Positions 1-8,800 of a DNA stretch of 64,000 nucleotides are shown in pieces. Within the stretch, counting starts at the first letter, position 1. Each line of letters begins with the position of its first letter. This stretch comes from a virus. Lineage: Duplodnaviria > Caudoviricetes. Below the pieces are notes generated by a model. That model did not search any database, had not been told where the DNA came from, and saw nothing but the letters and a program-made list of their open reading frames with translations. Position numbers and translations under genes: made by a program. The stretch lies in IMG/VR virus record IMGVR_UViG_3300045015_000053, one strand, 5' to 3'.

Positions 1-1
1 C

Positions 2-1141
2 AACTACTACATCGACAGCGGGAGCCTCGCCCTGAACTATTCGTGTTCGGGTCGGTTCATGGGCGGCGGTATTCCGGGCGGGCGGCTGACGGAAATCTAC
101 GGCCCGTCCAGTTCGTCCAAGTCGCTGATCGGCTCGAACCTGCTGTTCGCGGCCCAACGCGCGGGCGGCGTGGCCGTTCTGCTCGACGTGGAGAACGCCG
201 TCAACAAAGAGTTCATGAAGAAGGCGTCCCACCTGAATACGAAGCAGGTGCTGCGGTACACCCCGCCGACGCTGGAGAAGTGTTTCGCCAAGATGTACAA
301 CGTCATCTCGGTGATCCGCAAGCGGGACAAAAACGTTCCCATCGTCATCATCTACGACTCGCTCACGTCCAGCCCGTGCGAGCGGGAACTGCGTGAGATC
401 CAACTGCCCGAAAACTACACCGAGGCAGAGTTCAAGCGGATCGTCAAGGCCCACCGTCAGCCGGGCGAACACGCGAAGGCGTGCAGCCAAGAGCTTCGCA
501 AGCTCAACACGGTCATGGAAGAGAACAACGCCACGGTCGTGATCCTCAATCAGACCCGTGACAAGATCGGCGTCATGTACGGCAACCCGGAACAGTCCGG
601 TGCAGGCGGCAACTCGCTCCCGTTCTACGCGAGCTTGCGGCTCCGTCCGCAAACGCAGAAGAAGATCGAGTACACGCTCGTCGGCAAGAAGAAGAAGTGC
701 GTCGGCGTTAACGTGAAGTACCGTAACGTCAAGAACCGGAGCTACCGACCGTTCGTGGAGGTCGAAGGCATTCAACTGACCTTCGAGAAGGGCATCAACC
801 CGATTTCGGGCCTGATGCTCGCCCTGCTCGACGCCGGCCGCATCCAGATCGACGGCAAACGGTATCGCGTCAAGGACCAGTGGAAGCCGGAAGGCGAAGA
901 GGTCACTTTCCAGACCACGCTGGACGCGAACGAGGTTCCGCTCGAAGTCCTGCTGAAGTGTCCGCAACTGATCGACGCCGACAGCAAGGAACAGATCGAG
1001 GAGTACCTCGCGCCGTTCATGGAAGCCGTCCGCTACCTGAAGGAAGACGGCGTCACCGAGACGAAGGTTTCGGAGAACGACGACGACGAGGAGAACATCG
1101 AGGAAGAAATCGAGAAGGCTCTGGAAGAAGAGGAAAAGTGA
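2..1141 (+). CDS. recA: RecA/UvsX-like recombinase (5' end runs off the window)
   Basis: The frame is open from base 2 (NYYIDSGSLALN...GGGIPGGRLTEIYG). Walker A variant GPSSSSKS has a non-Gly before Lys, as in T4 UvsX. Also LLDVENA, IIYDSLT, ILNQTRDKIG and LPFYASLRL. Confidence 0.9.
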   Translation, partial: NYYIDSGSLALNYSCSGRFMGGGIPGGRLTEIYGPSSSSKSLIGSNLLFAAQRAGGVAVLLDVENAVNKEFMKKASHLNTKQVLRYTPPTLEKCFAKMYNVISVIRKRDKNVPIVIIYDSLTSSPCERELREIQLPENYTEAEFKRIVKAHRQPGEHAKACSQELRKLNTVMEENNATVVILNQTRDKIGVMYGNPEQSGAGGNSLPFYASLRLRPQTQKKIEYTLVGKKKKCVGVNVKYRNVKNRSYRPFVEVEGIQLTFEKGINPISGLMLALLDAGRIQIDGKRYRVKDQWKPEGEEVTFQTTLDANEVPLEVLLKCPQLIDADSKEQIEEYLAPFMEAVRYLKEDGVTETKVSENDDDEENIEEEIEKALEEEEK

Positions 1142-1359
1142 AAGAGTACAAGCTGCCGGAGAACATCGAAGCTCTCCAGCCCCATGAACTGAAAAAACAT
1201 GCACTCGGCCGTGCCGAGTGCATAGTCGCGAACACGCAAGGCGACAGTTGGGATGACCCCGAAGATTGGATGATCGAGGCCGTCGAACCCGCCCACGTCG
1301 TTTACAGGTTACTGTCTTCGGACGGGCCGAGCGGTCCAGACAAGAACACGTCCGGCTGA
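1138..1359 (+). CDS. hypothetical protein
   Basis: GTG overlaps the recA TGA; 73 aa; the 3' end overlaps the convergent CAP gene. Confidence 0.45.
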   Translation: MKEYKLPENIEALQPHELKKHALGRAECIVANTQGDSWDDPEDWMIEAVEPAHVVYRLLSSDGPSGPDKNTSG

Positions 1360-1808
1360 AGGATGGCCGCTCCAAACATCGTCTGCTGCGATCCAAAGTC
1401 CGCACACCAGTAGATCATGCCGTTCGCCTGCGCCATACCGAAACCGACATCGCGGTAACTGGCCTTCAGGATGTTGGTGCGGTGTCCCGGCGAGTTCATC
1501 CACGCTTTGAAGACCGCTGCGGGCGTCGGCTGCCCCATCGCGATGTTCTCGCCTGCCGAACAGAAGTGGTAGCCCTCTTTGTAGAGTCGTTGGGTGAACG
1601 GCGAGCCGAACTCTTCGTGGCTCAGTTTGCGGTTGATCGCCATCCACTCTGCGTGCTTTTGCGCCGCACGACAGAGTGCGGAGTTGAGGACCAAAGACTT
1701 CTTACGGTCTTTGGTCCTTTCTTTGTTGTGCAAGTCACGGAGAGCGACCGCCTCCGGTGCGAAGTTCTCACGCTGCGAGCCGAACAAGGTCATTAGCCAC
1801 TGAAACAT
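1302..1808 (-). CDS. CAP/SCP (YkwD-like) domain protein
   Basis: LHNKER, L..AAQKHAEWMA, LSHE, AGENIAMG, WMNSPGHRTNIL and VGFG are typical CAP motifs. Confidence 0.85.
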   Translation of the reverse strand: MFQWLMTLFGSQRENFAPEAVALRDLHNKERTKDRKKSLVLNSALCRAAQKHAEWMAINRKLSHEEFGSPFTQRLYKEGYHFCSAGENIAMGQPTPAAVFKAWMNSPGHRTNILKASYRDVGFGMAQANGMIYWCADFGSQQTMFGAAILQPDVFLSGPLGPSEDSNL

Positions 1809-2484
1809 TTTGCCCCTTATGAATTGCTGAGGTGAAGCCGACGACGCTCATCCGCAGGTGGTCCCCGGCGGCTTGGTCGATGCGGTTCACCATGTGACAG
1901 ATACCGGATTTCATCAGCACCAGTCTGTTGGGTTTCGGGACGATCATGTGTCCCACACCGAACGCGCTGATGAATGCGTCCAGTTGGCTGTGGTCGATTG
2001 ACGGGTTCACCTCATAATCGACCTTCGGCATCATGTCTGTTGGCGGGGTATTCGCGACCAAAAGCTCACCGCCCCAATGCGGACTCCAACGCGGGTGGCA
2101 GTAGAAGGTCATTGCGGCGGTGTAGTCGCCGCCGTCGCCGTGCCAACTGAGCCTGGACCCGGCCGGGTAGATGTACATCGTCAGTATCAACGAGTGCCAG
2201 TCCACGCCGCGAACCCCGCAGATCTCCGGGTGTTGTTCGCACTCGTGCAACATCACGTCGTGGAGTTCGCTGAGGGCCGTGTCGTTCGGGAAATTGACGG
2301 TGTACATCGAGCTACTCTCGCGCAAGATCTCCCCGTCGCCCGGCCTCCAAACTTTTTCCCAGTTGGTGTTGTGCTGACGCTTGAAGCTCTTGTTCGAGAA
2401 CTCGACCATCAGCCGGCCGAACTGATCGCTTTCGAGGACGTTGTCCCAGACGACCATGCTCTTGTTGGAGATGACTTCCCTCAT
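1768..2484 (-). CDS. 2OG-Fe(II) oxygenase (prolyl-4-hydroxylase-like)
   Basis: HxD (SWHGD), WGGEL, PNRLVL, distal His (CHMV) and RMS; ATG overlaps the upstream stop (ATGA). Confidence 0.85.
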   Translation of the reverse strand: MREVISNKSMVVWDNVLESDQFGRLMVEFSNKSFKRQHNTNWEKVWRPGDGEILRESSSMYTVNFPNDTALSELHDVMLHECEQHPEICGVRGVDWHSLILTMYIYPAGSRLSWHGDGGDYTAAMTFYCHPRWSPHWGGELLVANTPPTDMMPKVDYEVNPSIDHSQLDAFISAFGVGHMIVPKPNRLVLMKSGICHMVNRIDQAAGDHLRMSVVGFTSAIHKGQNVSVANDLVRLAA

Positions 2485-2957
2485 CTTGGTCTGCACTGAT
2501 AGATTCCGTGTCCGACCCGACGAATCCGGTTCCCCGCCGCCGTCAGTTCCCGGCGGATAGATGCGTAGTGGTTGCTGATCGTGCATGTTTTGAGTCCGTA
2601 TTTGTTGAAGTGCCGTCTGATCATCATCAGAGAAAGCGGCTTGCCTTTTAGGAGTTGGTCCTTGATGAACCGGCGGATCAACGCCGCCAACCTCTGTTCA
2701 TCTTTCCTCTTGCTCGCCTTCTCGACGGCCGGGATGTGTTGTTTGACTATCTCGTACTCGACGGAACTGTCGATTCCGTCCCCTTCACAAAGCTCACCGG
2801 CGAGTTCGGGTAGCTCACAGAGTTGCATCGGCTTCGGCATTTCGATTGTGAAAAGCTTGCCGCCGAAGGTGTTCGCGTACTCGATTAGAAGGGGATAATT
2901 CTTCAGATCTGTCAGGAACTCACGTTTCTCTGGTGTGCGGATCAAAAGACATTTCAT
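2481..2957 (-). CDS. hypothetical protein, possible C-terminal winged-helix
   Basis: 158-aa ORF with GGAGG RBS, coupled to the 2OG oxygenase gene. Confidence 0.65.
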   Translation of the reverse strand: MKCLLIRTPEKREFLTDLKNYPLLIEYANTFGGKLFTIEMPKPMQLCELPELAGELCEGDGIDSSVEYEIVKQHIPAVEKASKRKDEQRLAALIRRFIKDQLLKGKPLSLMMIRRHFNKYGLKTCTISNHYASIRRELTAAGNRIRRVGHGIYQCRPR

Positions 2958-2995
2958 GTGGCCTCCAATTTGTTCATTTGATTCTAGTCGTTAGA

Positions 2996-3982
2996 ATGAC
3001 GGGAGATGCCAAAACGGAGGAAGTCGTGAGATTTGACTATTGCCGAAGGTTCGGTTCGGAAATCGAGGTAAACGCATTCGACGGCCAAAGTTCGCCGGCC
3101 CAAGAAGGTGTGCAACCCGATGGCATCCAGCACGTCGCACAGATCGTGGCGACGGCGACCCGTGGTCGGTGCGAAATATACACTTGGCTGGCCGGTCAAA
3201 AGGCGACCGACTTCAACACGATCTGGATGTTGAAGCCGGACGGCAGTTGCGGGATGGAGATTTGCAGCCCGGTCAGCAAAGGGCTGTACGGCATCAATCA
3301 AGGGGCCAGGGTCATAACGGCGCTTAGGGACTCACGGATCGTTCAGGCCGACTCGCGGTGTTCCTTGCACATTCACGTCGATGTTTCGGACCTGACGACG
3401 GAGCAAGTTGCTGCGGTTTTGGCGCATTGGGTCAAGTGCGAGTACACGATGCTTCTCGCCATGCCCGACCACCGCAAGAAGAACCGATACTGCCAGCCCA
3501 TTGGCATGTCTGATCTTTTGCGGGCGGATTCGATCATGTCGCCGGATTCGATCATTACTTGGCTCGGAATGTACAAATACTACACGGCCAACGCTTTCCA
3601 CTACAAGAACGGCAAACGCCCGACACTCGAATTCAGGATCGCCGACGAGGAAGCGTGTAAGAACCCCGAATACTACCGCAACTGGCACAAGCTCGTCCTT
3701 CACCTCGTTGAGACGGCTGTGGCGAGCGGGATGCCAAAAACGTACAACAAAGACGACCCGACCAGCGGGTATTCGTGGTTGACGCCGTCCGAAGTGATGC
3801 GGTTCTTGAATTTTGAAGGGGCGGTTGACTTGTGTGACGAGTTGAAGGAAACTTGTACTTGGTTCAAATCCCGTGTTTTGAAGTACGCCCAGAGCAGTCT
3901 CGGCGGGATTTGGGACGCGAAGGTGTACCAGAGTGCCAGCAAGGGGTGCCAAGATGCTTTTGTACAAAAGTCAGCCGCTTGA
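2996..3982 (+). CDS. putative amidoligase (Amidoligase_2 / COOH-NH2 ligase family)
   Basis: FGSEIEV, LKPDGSCGMEICSP, SLHIHVD and TLEFR motifs. Confidence 0.8.
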   Translation: MTGDAKTEEVVRFDYCRRFGSEIEVNAFDGQSSPAQEGVQPDGIQHVAQIVATATRGRCEIYTWLAGQKATDFNTIWMLKPDGSCGMEICSPVSKGLYGINQGARVITALRDSRIVQADSRCSLHIHVDVSDLTTEQVAAVLAHWVKCEYTMLLAMPDHRKKNRYCQPIGMSDLLRADSIMSPDSIITWLGMYKYYTANAFHYKNGKRPTLEFRIADEEACKNPEYYRNWHKLVLHLVETAVASGMPKTYNKDDPTSGYSWLTPSEVMRFLNFEGAVDLCDELKETCTWFKSRVLKYAQSSLGGIWDAKVYQSASKGCQDAFVQKSAA

Positions 3983-3998
3983 GGACTCGATCCGGCAG

Positions 3999-4418
3999 AT
4001 GAAAAGCATGGGGGACTTTCTCTTGCCGTTCACCTACCCGGCCGCTCCCAAGTCCGATTCGGGCGACCTCGCCTTCTTCAAACTCAACCAGTTGACGGTT
4101 GACGGGTACGAGTTGTACCTCAACTTCAACAAAGGCGATTACGGCGAATACTTCATCCAGTCGGTGGAGATCATCAACCGGAACGCACCGTTCCTGCCGT
4201 TTTTTCTGGTGTGCAAGCTAGGCAAGGCGTTCTTCGGCGATAAACACCTGTGCTACATCGATTTCTGGCGAGACAACAGGAAGCACTACTGCTGGACGTG
4301 CGCCGCGAACGTGGACGGCGAGGTGATCGACCCGCCGTTCAAGGTGGAGTTGGACGAGGCTATTTACGAGGGACTAGAATACAACGTGTTCCCCAAAGGC
4401 GGGATCGACTTCCACTAA
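3999..4418 (+). CDS. hypothetical protein
   Basis: ORF with genome-typical codon usage in a + strand run. Confidence 0.65.
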   Translation: MKSMGDFLLPFTYPAAPKSDSGDLAFFKLNQLTVDGYELYLNFNKGDYGEYFIQSVEIINRNAPFLPFFLVCKLGKAFFGDKHLCYIDFWRDNRKHYCWTCAANVDGEVIDPPFKVELDEAIYEGLEYNVFPKGGIDFH

Positions 4419-4432
4419 CCAGCAGAGGCAAT

Positions 4433-5062
4433 ATGGGATTGGGCAAGAACGTATGGCTCGCACGCGCGGACAGCAAGAAGGTCGTCAAGTTCAAGGGCAA
4501 GTTTCAAGAGGCCGGCACCGTCAACATCAACAAGAGGTGTTACCCGAAGATGACGGTGGAGGAACTCAAGGCGGGTGCGGTATACACCGAACACGTCAAC
4601 AAAGATCCGGTTGCGGAACGGTTCCTGCCTCTTGCGGCAGACGAAGACGGATTCTTTCCTCGGCGAGTTCTGGAAAAGTCGGAAGAACTCAACCTCGATC
4701 TCGACGCGGTCAAGGTTTCACACGGTGTCAGCAAAGCATACGACAAGATGAAGCTGGCAGAAGATGCCGCCTTTCTCTACGGCTGGACCACGGAACAGAA
4801 GCAAAAAAAGCTCGAAGAACTCAAGCTTGAAGTGATGGCGGCGAATCCGTCATACTTGGGCGTACCAGCCAGCGAGTTGGTCGGTCAAGGTCTGTTCGTG
4901 TCGGGCGGGACAGTTACCATCGCGGCCGACCAACCGGCTCAGGGGTTCACGATCAGCAGCGGTTTTCACCATGACGGCACCGTTAGTATGAACTCGGTCA
5001 CGTTCGCTTCCGCCCCGACAGTCCAGCCCGGCAACGTCACAATCACAGGAATATGCCCGTGA
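4433..5062 (+). CDS. hypothetical protein
   Basis: GAGG RBS plus ATG, 209 aa. Confidence 0.65.
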   Translation: MGLGKNVWLARADSKKVVKFKGKFQEAGTVNINKRCYPKMTVEELKAGAVYTEHVNKDPVAERFLPLAADEDGFFPRRVLEKSEELNLDLDAVKVSHGVSKAYDKMKLAEDAAFLYGWTTEQKQKKLEELKLEVMAANPSYLGVPASELVGQGLFVSGGTVTIAADQPAQGFTISSGFHHDGTVSMNSVTFASAPTVQPGNVTITGICP

Positions 5063-5199
5063 GTTCAATCTTCTGGATTTTCTTTCTACTGATCTACGAC
5101 GGGACTTGGAAAGAGAGATTGGGGGCTATCGGCTGCTTAGGTGGGGCGGTCGCACTACTCGGATTGGCTGGATACGGATTGTACCGCCTTTGTGTTTGA
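5059..5199 (+). CDS. small membrane protein (46 aa, two hydrophobic stretches; not in the ORF track)
   Basis: GTG overlaps the previous TGA; translates to MSSIFWIFFLLIYDGTWKERLGAIGCLGGAVALLGLAGYGLYRLCV; ends just before a terminator. Confidence 0.5.
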   Translation: MSSIFWIFFLLIYDGTWKERLGAIGCLGGAVALLGLAGYGLYRLCV

Positions 5200-5204
5200 A
5201 AATG

Positions 5205-5240
5205 ACCGAAGGAACCACAGAGGTGGTTCCTTCGGTTTTT
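5205..5240. terminator. bidirectional intrinsic terminator
   Basis: 14-bp perfect stem ACCGAAGGAACCAC/GTGGTTCCTTCGGT with a 4-nt loop and T tract, between convergent units. Confidence 0.85.
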
Positions 5241-5515
5241 AATTCACCCTGATCAGGACCAAACTAGATCCGGCCATAACTTGGCTTGAAGCCGCCACTT
5301 CGGAACCGTGCAGCAACTGCAACGTACCGGAAACGGTCACGATCATCATTCCTTCGACAATCGACAGCATGTCCGAGTTTGCCGCATCAACGCCCGTCGT
5401 CGGTGCGCCGATGATGACGTTCTTGTTTCTGGTGCCTTGTGCCTCGTAAATGTTACCAGCGGCAGTCGTACTGCTCTGTGACGGCGTGTAGAGATTCGTA
5501 TTTTGCGTCGTTCAT
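5239..5515 (-). pseudogene. frameshifted remnant resembling the C-terminus of a virion structural or fibre protein
   Basis: AGGAGGT-ATG gives only 20 aa. The adjacent frame (5511-5239) is open for 90 aa (TTQNTNLYTPSQ...VSGTLQLLHGSEVAASSQVMAGSSLVLIRVN) and ends at the terminator. Confidence 0.4.
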
Positions 5516-5654
5516 GTGCGTACCTCCTGCTGGTAAAAGCGCGGAAGAAGTTCGTCTCCGAAATTGCGTTACTGTTTGAAGCTCCACTATATACCTCGTC
5601 GCTGCACGGCGGCTCCTCGTAGCTTAAAACTACGGTTACTAACAGCGAGGCACA

Positions 5655-5954
5655 ATGAGCAAACAGAAAATCCAGTCTCTACTGATCACCCACCTACTTC
5701 AGCACGGTCACATCGACCTTCGTCTTCCAGACGGCATGGTGTTGGAAATCGGGATCGATCAAGAGGGCAATAACGGAATGCTGGAAAAGAAGGACGATTA
5801 CTGTTGGGTGATTGCCTCGCAGGGCGACCGAGCTATGACGATGGACTCCTTCAACTTGGGCCTGAAGTTCGCCGACGATGATCAGAGGTTCGTGTTCGAT
5901 GAAAGGTTCGTGGACAACGGCGGCGACAAGGTCAGACGCCTGGACGTTGTTTAA
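5655..5954 (+). CDS. hypothetical protein
   Basis: GAGG RBS, 99 aa. Confidence 0.7.
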   Translation: MSKQKIQSLLITHLLQHGHIDLRLPDGMVLEIGIDQEGNNGMLEKKDDYCWVIASQGDRAMTMDSFNLGLKFADDDQRFVFDERFVDNGGDKVRRLDVV

Positions 5955-6325
5955 CTGCCGTACAAGTTTCCCGAAGCGGCATCGGCCGTCAGGGAACCGT
6001 CGAATCCGAGCCGGGCTTCGACCGTGCCGACAGCGATTTTGCTGTCGTAGGGGATGGTGAAATCGATCCAGAGCAAAAAACATCCCGATTTCAGTTGACA
6101 CCGGCTCACAGTAATTTGCGTACCCCTATTGGAGAAGTCGGCGTCGTTGACAACAATGAAACTGGTGTCGAGCCGTGCGCGAACCTCTTTCATCGTCCAA
6201 ACCAAGAGCTTGGCCGGATTGATGAAAGCGGACCATTGAGCTACGAGGATCTCTTCGAGCTTTTCGACACTAATCATGTTGCCCGACGCCGCCGCAACTG
6301 TTCGGTGGGGTTGTTTTTGGTTCAT
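5951..6325 (-). CDS. hypothetical protein
   Basis: 124-aa ORF convergent with the previous gene, 4-nt stop overlap. Confidence 0.6.
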   Translation of the reverse strand: MNQKQPHRTVAAASGNMISVEKLEEILVAQWSAFINPAKLLVWTMKEVRARLDTSFIVVNDADFSNRGTQITVSRCQLKSGCFLLWIDFTIPYDSKIAVGTVEARLGFDGSLTADAASGNLYGS

Positions 6326-6354
6326 GATCTTAGGCTCCGTACAGCGGAGGAATT

Positions 6355-6636
6355 ATGGCCGTTGCAGAACACGCTCGCCCCAAGTCGGAAAAAGGGAAGA
6401 AGGGCGACTTCCTAAAAGAGTACGCGGGCCGTCTGACTGACGAGAACCTGCGTTTTCTTGACACCCGGTTGAAACAGCGTTTCGGAGGTGATCTCGCGGA
6501 CGCCGTCACATTCCTTTCCTCTTCGGCCGACATGGATCGTCACCTGTCGAACTTGAAGGGGGCCGACGAATTCTATGACGGTCTTGAAGCAATTCAAAAA
6601 CAGGTCGAGAAGGAAGCTCGTCGGCGACACAATTGA
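6355..6636 (+). CDS. hypothetical protein
   Basis: GGAGG RBS, 93 aa. Confidence 0.7.
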   Translation: MAVAEHARPKSEKGKKGDFLKEYAGRLTDENLRFLDTRLKQRFGGDLADAVTFLSSSADMDRHLSNLKGADEFYDGLEAIQKQVEKEARRRHN

Positions 6637-6661
6637 CAAGTCGGTGCGAGTGTGGCACAAT
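6633..6661 (+). promoter_or_regulatory. sigma70-type promoter upstream of the helicase
   Basis: TTGACA-17 nt-CACAAT. Confidence 0.6.
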
Positions 6662-6715
6662 ACCCCCTTCGGGTAAGGGTTTTTGTTGCTTTTGCTCGCG
6701 CCGTGAGGAGCAGAC

Positions 6716-8800
6716 ATGCCGCCGCTGATCAAAGTCGGGGACCAGCCGACGCTGGTTCCCACTTCCAAGTACCCATACGCCACGTTCCCGTTCGCGAACT
6801 TCAACCCGGTCCAATCCGCCGTCTTCGAGTTTTACGACAAGGACTGCAACGCGGTCATCGCCGCCGCGACCAGTGCCGGCAAGACGGTCGTCGGCGAGAT
6901 GTTCGCGAACCACGAAATCCAAGTCCGCAAAGGTACGTTCATGTACCTTTGCCCGCTCCGCGCACTCGCCCAAGAGAAGATCGATGACTGGACCGATCCG
7001 AGCCACCCGTTCAGCAAGAAGAAAGTCTCGATCTGCACCGGCGACTACCGCCTGACCCCCGAACGGAAGAAGGAACTGGCGGAAGCCGATGTCATCATCA
7101 TGACATCCGAGATGCTCAACCACCGCTGCCGCAACTTCAACAGCGAGGGCAACGCCTTCCTGAAGAACATTGGCACCATCGTCATTGACGAGAGCCATCT
7201 GCTCACCGTTCCGGGTCGCGGCGACCACCTCGAAGTCGGCCTGATGAAGCTGACGAAGATGAACCCGAACTGCCGCATCATCATGCTCTCGGCGACCATG
7301 CCCAACGTGGACGAAATCGCCGAGTGGGTCAGTTACAGCCTCACCGGGCGGGAAACCTACGTTCTTGTTTCCAAGTACCGCCCCTGCCCGCTCACGACCC
7401 ACTTCGAGAACTACGACGACAGCGGGGACTACTACGAGCAGAAGGAAGAGTCCAAGATCGCGCGGGCGATGGAGATCGTCAAATACTACCCCAACGACAA
7501 GTTCCTGATCTTCTGCCACACGAAACGAACCGGCGAAAACATGTCGGAAGAGTTGAAGAGTGCCGGCATCAAGAACGAGTTCCACAACGCGGACTTGGAC
7601 AAGGAAAAGCGGATCTCGCTCGAAAAGCGGTTCAAGACCGACCCGGACCTGAAGGTCGTTGTCGCCACGTCCACGCTGGCGTGGGGCGTGAACCTGCCGA
7701 GCCGTCGCGTGATCGTCTTGGGCGTCCACCGTGGCATCCAAGAGGTGCCGACCTACGACATCTTCCAGATGATCGGTCGTGCCGGGCGTCCGGCTTACGA
7801 CCCGGCCGGTGACGCCTACATCCTCGTTCCGCTTTCTCAAGGGGCCGCTTGGCGGGCCAAGCTCAAAGCACAGCAACGCATCGACAGTCAGCTTCTGGAG
7901 AACGTCGGCGGGGTTCACAAGACGATGGCGTTCCACGTCGTGTCGGAGATCTTCCACGGCGGCATCACCAACATGGACGAGATGCGGAAGTGGTACGAGC
8001 GGACGCTCGCCCACTTCCAGAGCAACGAACTCGATGACGTGGTCGCGGACGGCGTGATCAAGTCGCTCAAGGACTGTTACGCCATCAACGTCGAAGACGA
8101 CGAGTTCACCGTCTCGACCATCGGCAAGATCAGCAGCCTGTTCTACTTCAGCCCGTTCGACGTGAGCCACCTGAACAAGAACTTCGGCAAGATGTTCAAA
8201 AGCGGCCACGAAACCGACGACCTTCGTGTCGCGCTCGCTCTCGGTGACATCGACAGCAACCGCCTCGGCTTCATTAGTCGAGCCGAACGGGAAGAGATCA
8301 GTGCATTCGAGCGTCGTCTCTCGGCCATTCCCGACCTGTTCAAAGAGACAAAGGCGAAGGACGGCGAAGAGGGCAAAGAGAAGCAACGCACGCTCAAGGA
8401 CGGGTGCGTCAAGGCCGCGTACCTCTATTACAGCCTTTTGACCGGGAGTCCGACCAAGATGCTGGCCGGTGCTTTGCGGGGGCTGAAGTTCGACGCTCCC
8501 CGCGTACTTCAGGTCGTTCAGGCACTGGACGCTCTGGGTGGCAAGAAGTGGGGCAAGGGTGACTTCCTCAGCGGGCTGGAGAAACGTATCACCTACGGCG
8601 TGCCGCCGCATCTCGTCGGTCTGGTAGGGTTGCCGAACCTCGGAGCGGTTCGCGCGAACAATCTCTACAAGGCCGGCATCAAGACGATGGACGATCTCGC
8701 CGCCGCGAAGCCTGAAGACGTGGTCAAGATCACCAAGATGAGTCGCAAGATGGTTGACGAACTCATCGAAGGTGCCAGCGTCAAGTCGATGATGGAGTGA
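6716..8800 (+). CDS. Ski2/Hel308-like SF2 DExH helicase with C-terminal HhH
   Basis: AAATSAGKT, DESH, LSAT, TSTLAWGVNLPS, QMIGRAGRP and GAVRANNLYKAGI (HhH). Confidence 0.92.
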   Translation: MPPLIKVGDQPTLVPTSKYPYATFPFANFNPVQSAVFEFYDKDCNAVIAAATSAGKTVVGEMFANHEIQVRKGTFMYLCPLRALAQEKIDDWTDPSHPFSKKKVSICTGDYRLTPERKKELAEADVIIMTSEMLNHRCRNFNSEGNAFLKNIGTIVIDESHLLTVPGRGDHLEVGLMKLTKMNPNCRIIMLSATMPNVDEIAEWVSYSLTGRETYVLVSKYRPCPLTTHFENYDDSGDYYEQKEESKIARAMEIVKYYPNDKFLIFCHTKRTGENMSEELKSAGIKNEFHNADLDKEKRISLEKRFKTDPDLKVVVATSTLAWGVNLPSRRVIVLGVHRGIQEVPTYDIFQMIGRAGRPAYDPAGDAYILVPLSQGAAWRAKLKAQQRIDSQLLENVGGVHKTMAFHVVSEIFHGGITNMDEMRKWYERTLAHFQSNELDDVVADGVIKSLKDCYAINVEDDEFTVSTIGKISSLFYFSPFDVSHLNKNFGKMFKSGHETDDLRVALALGDIDSNRLGFISRAEREEISAFERRLSAIPDLFKETKAKDGEEGKEKQRTLKDGCVKAAYLYYSLLTGSPTKMLAGALRGLKFDAPRVLQVVQALDALGGKKWGKGDFLSGLEKRITYGVPPHLVGLVGLPNLGAVRANNLYKAGIKTMDDLAAAKPEDVVKITKMSRKMVDELIEGASVKSMME

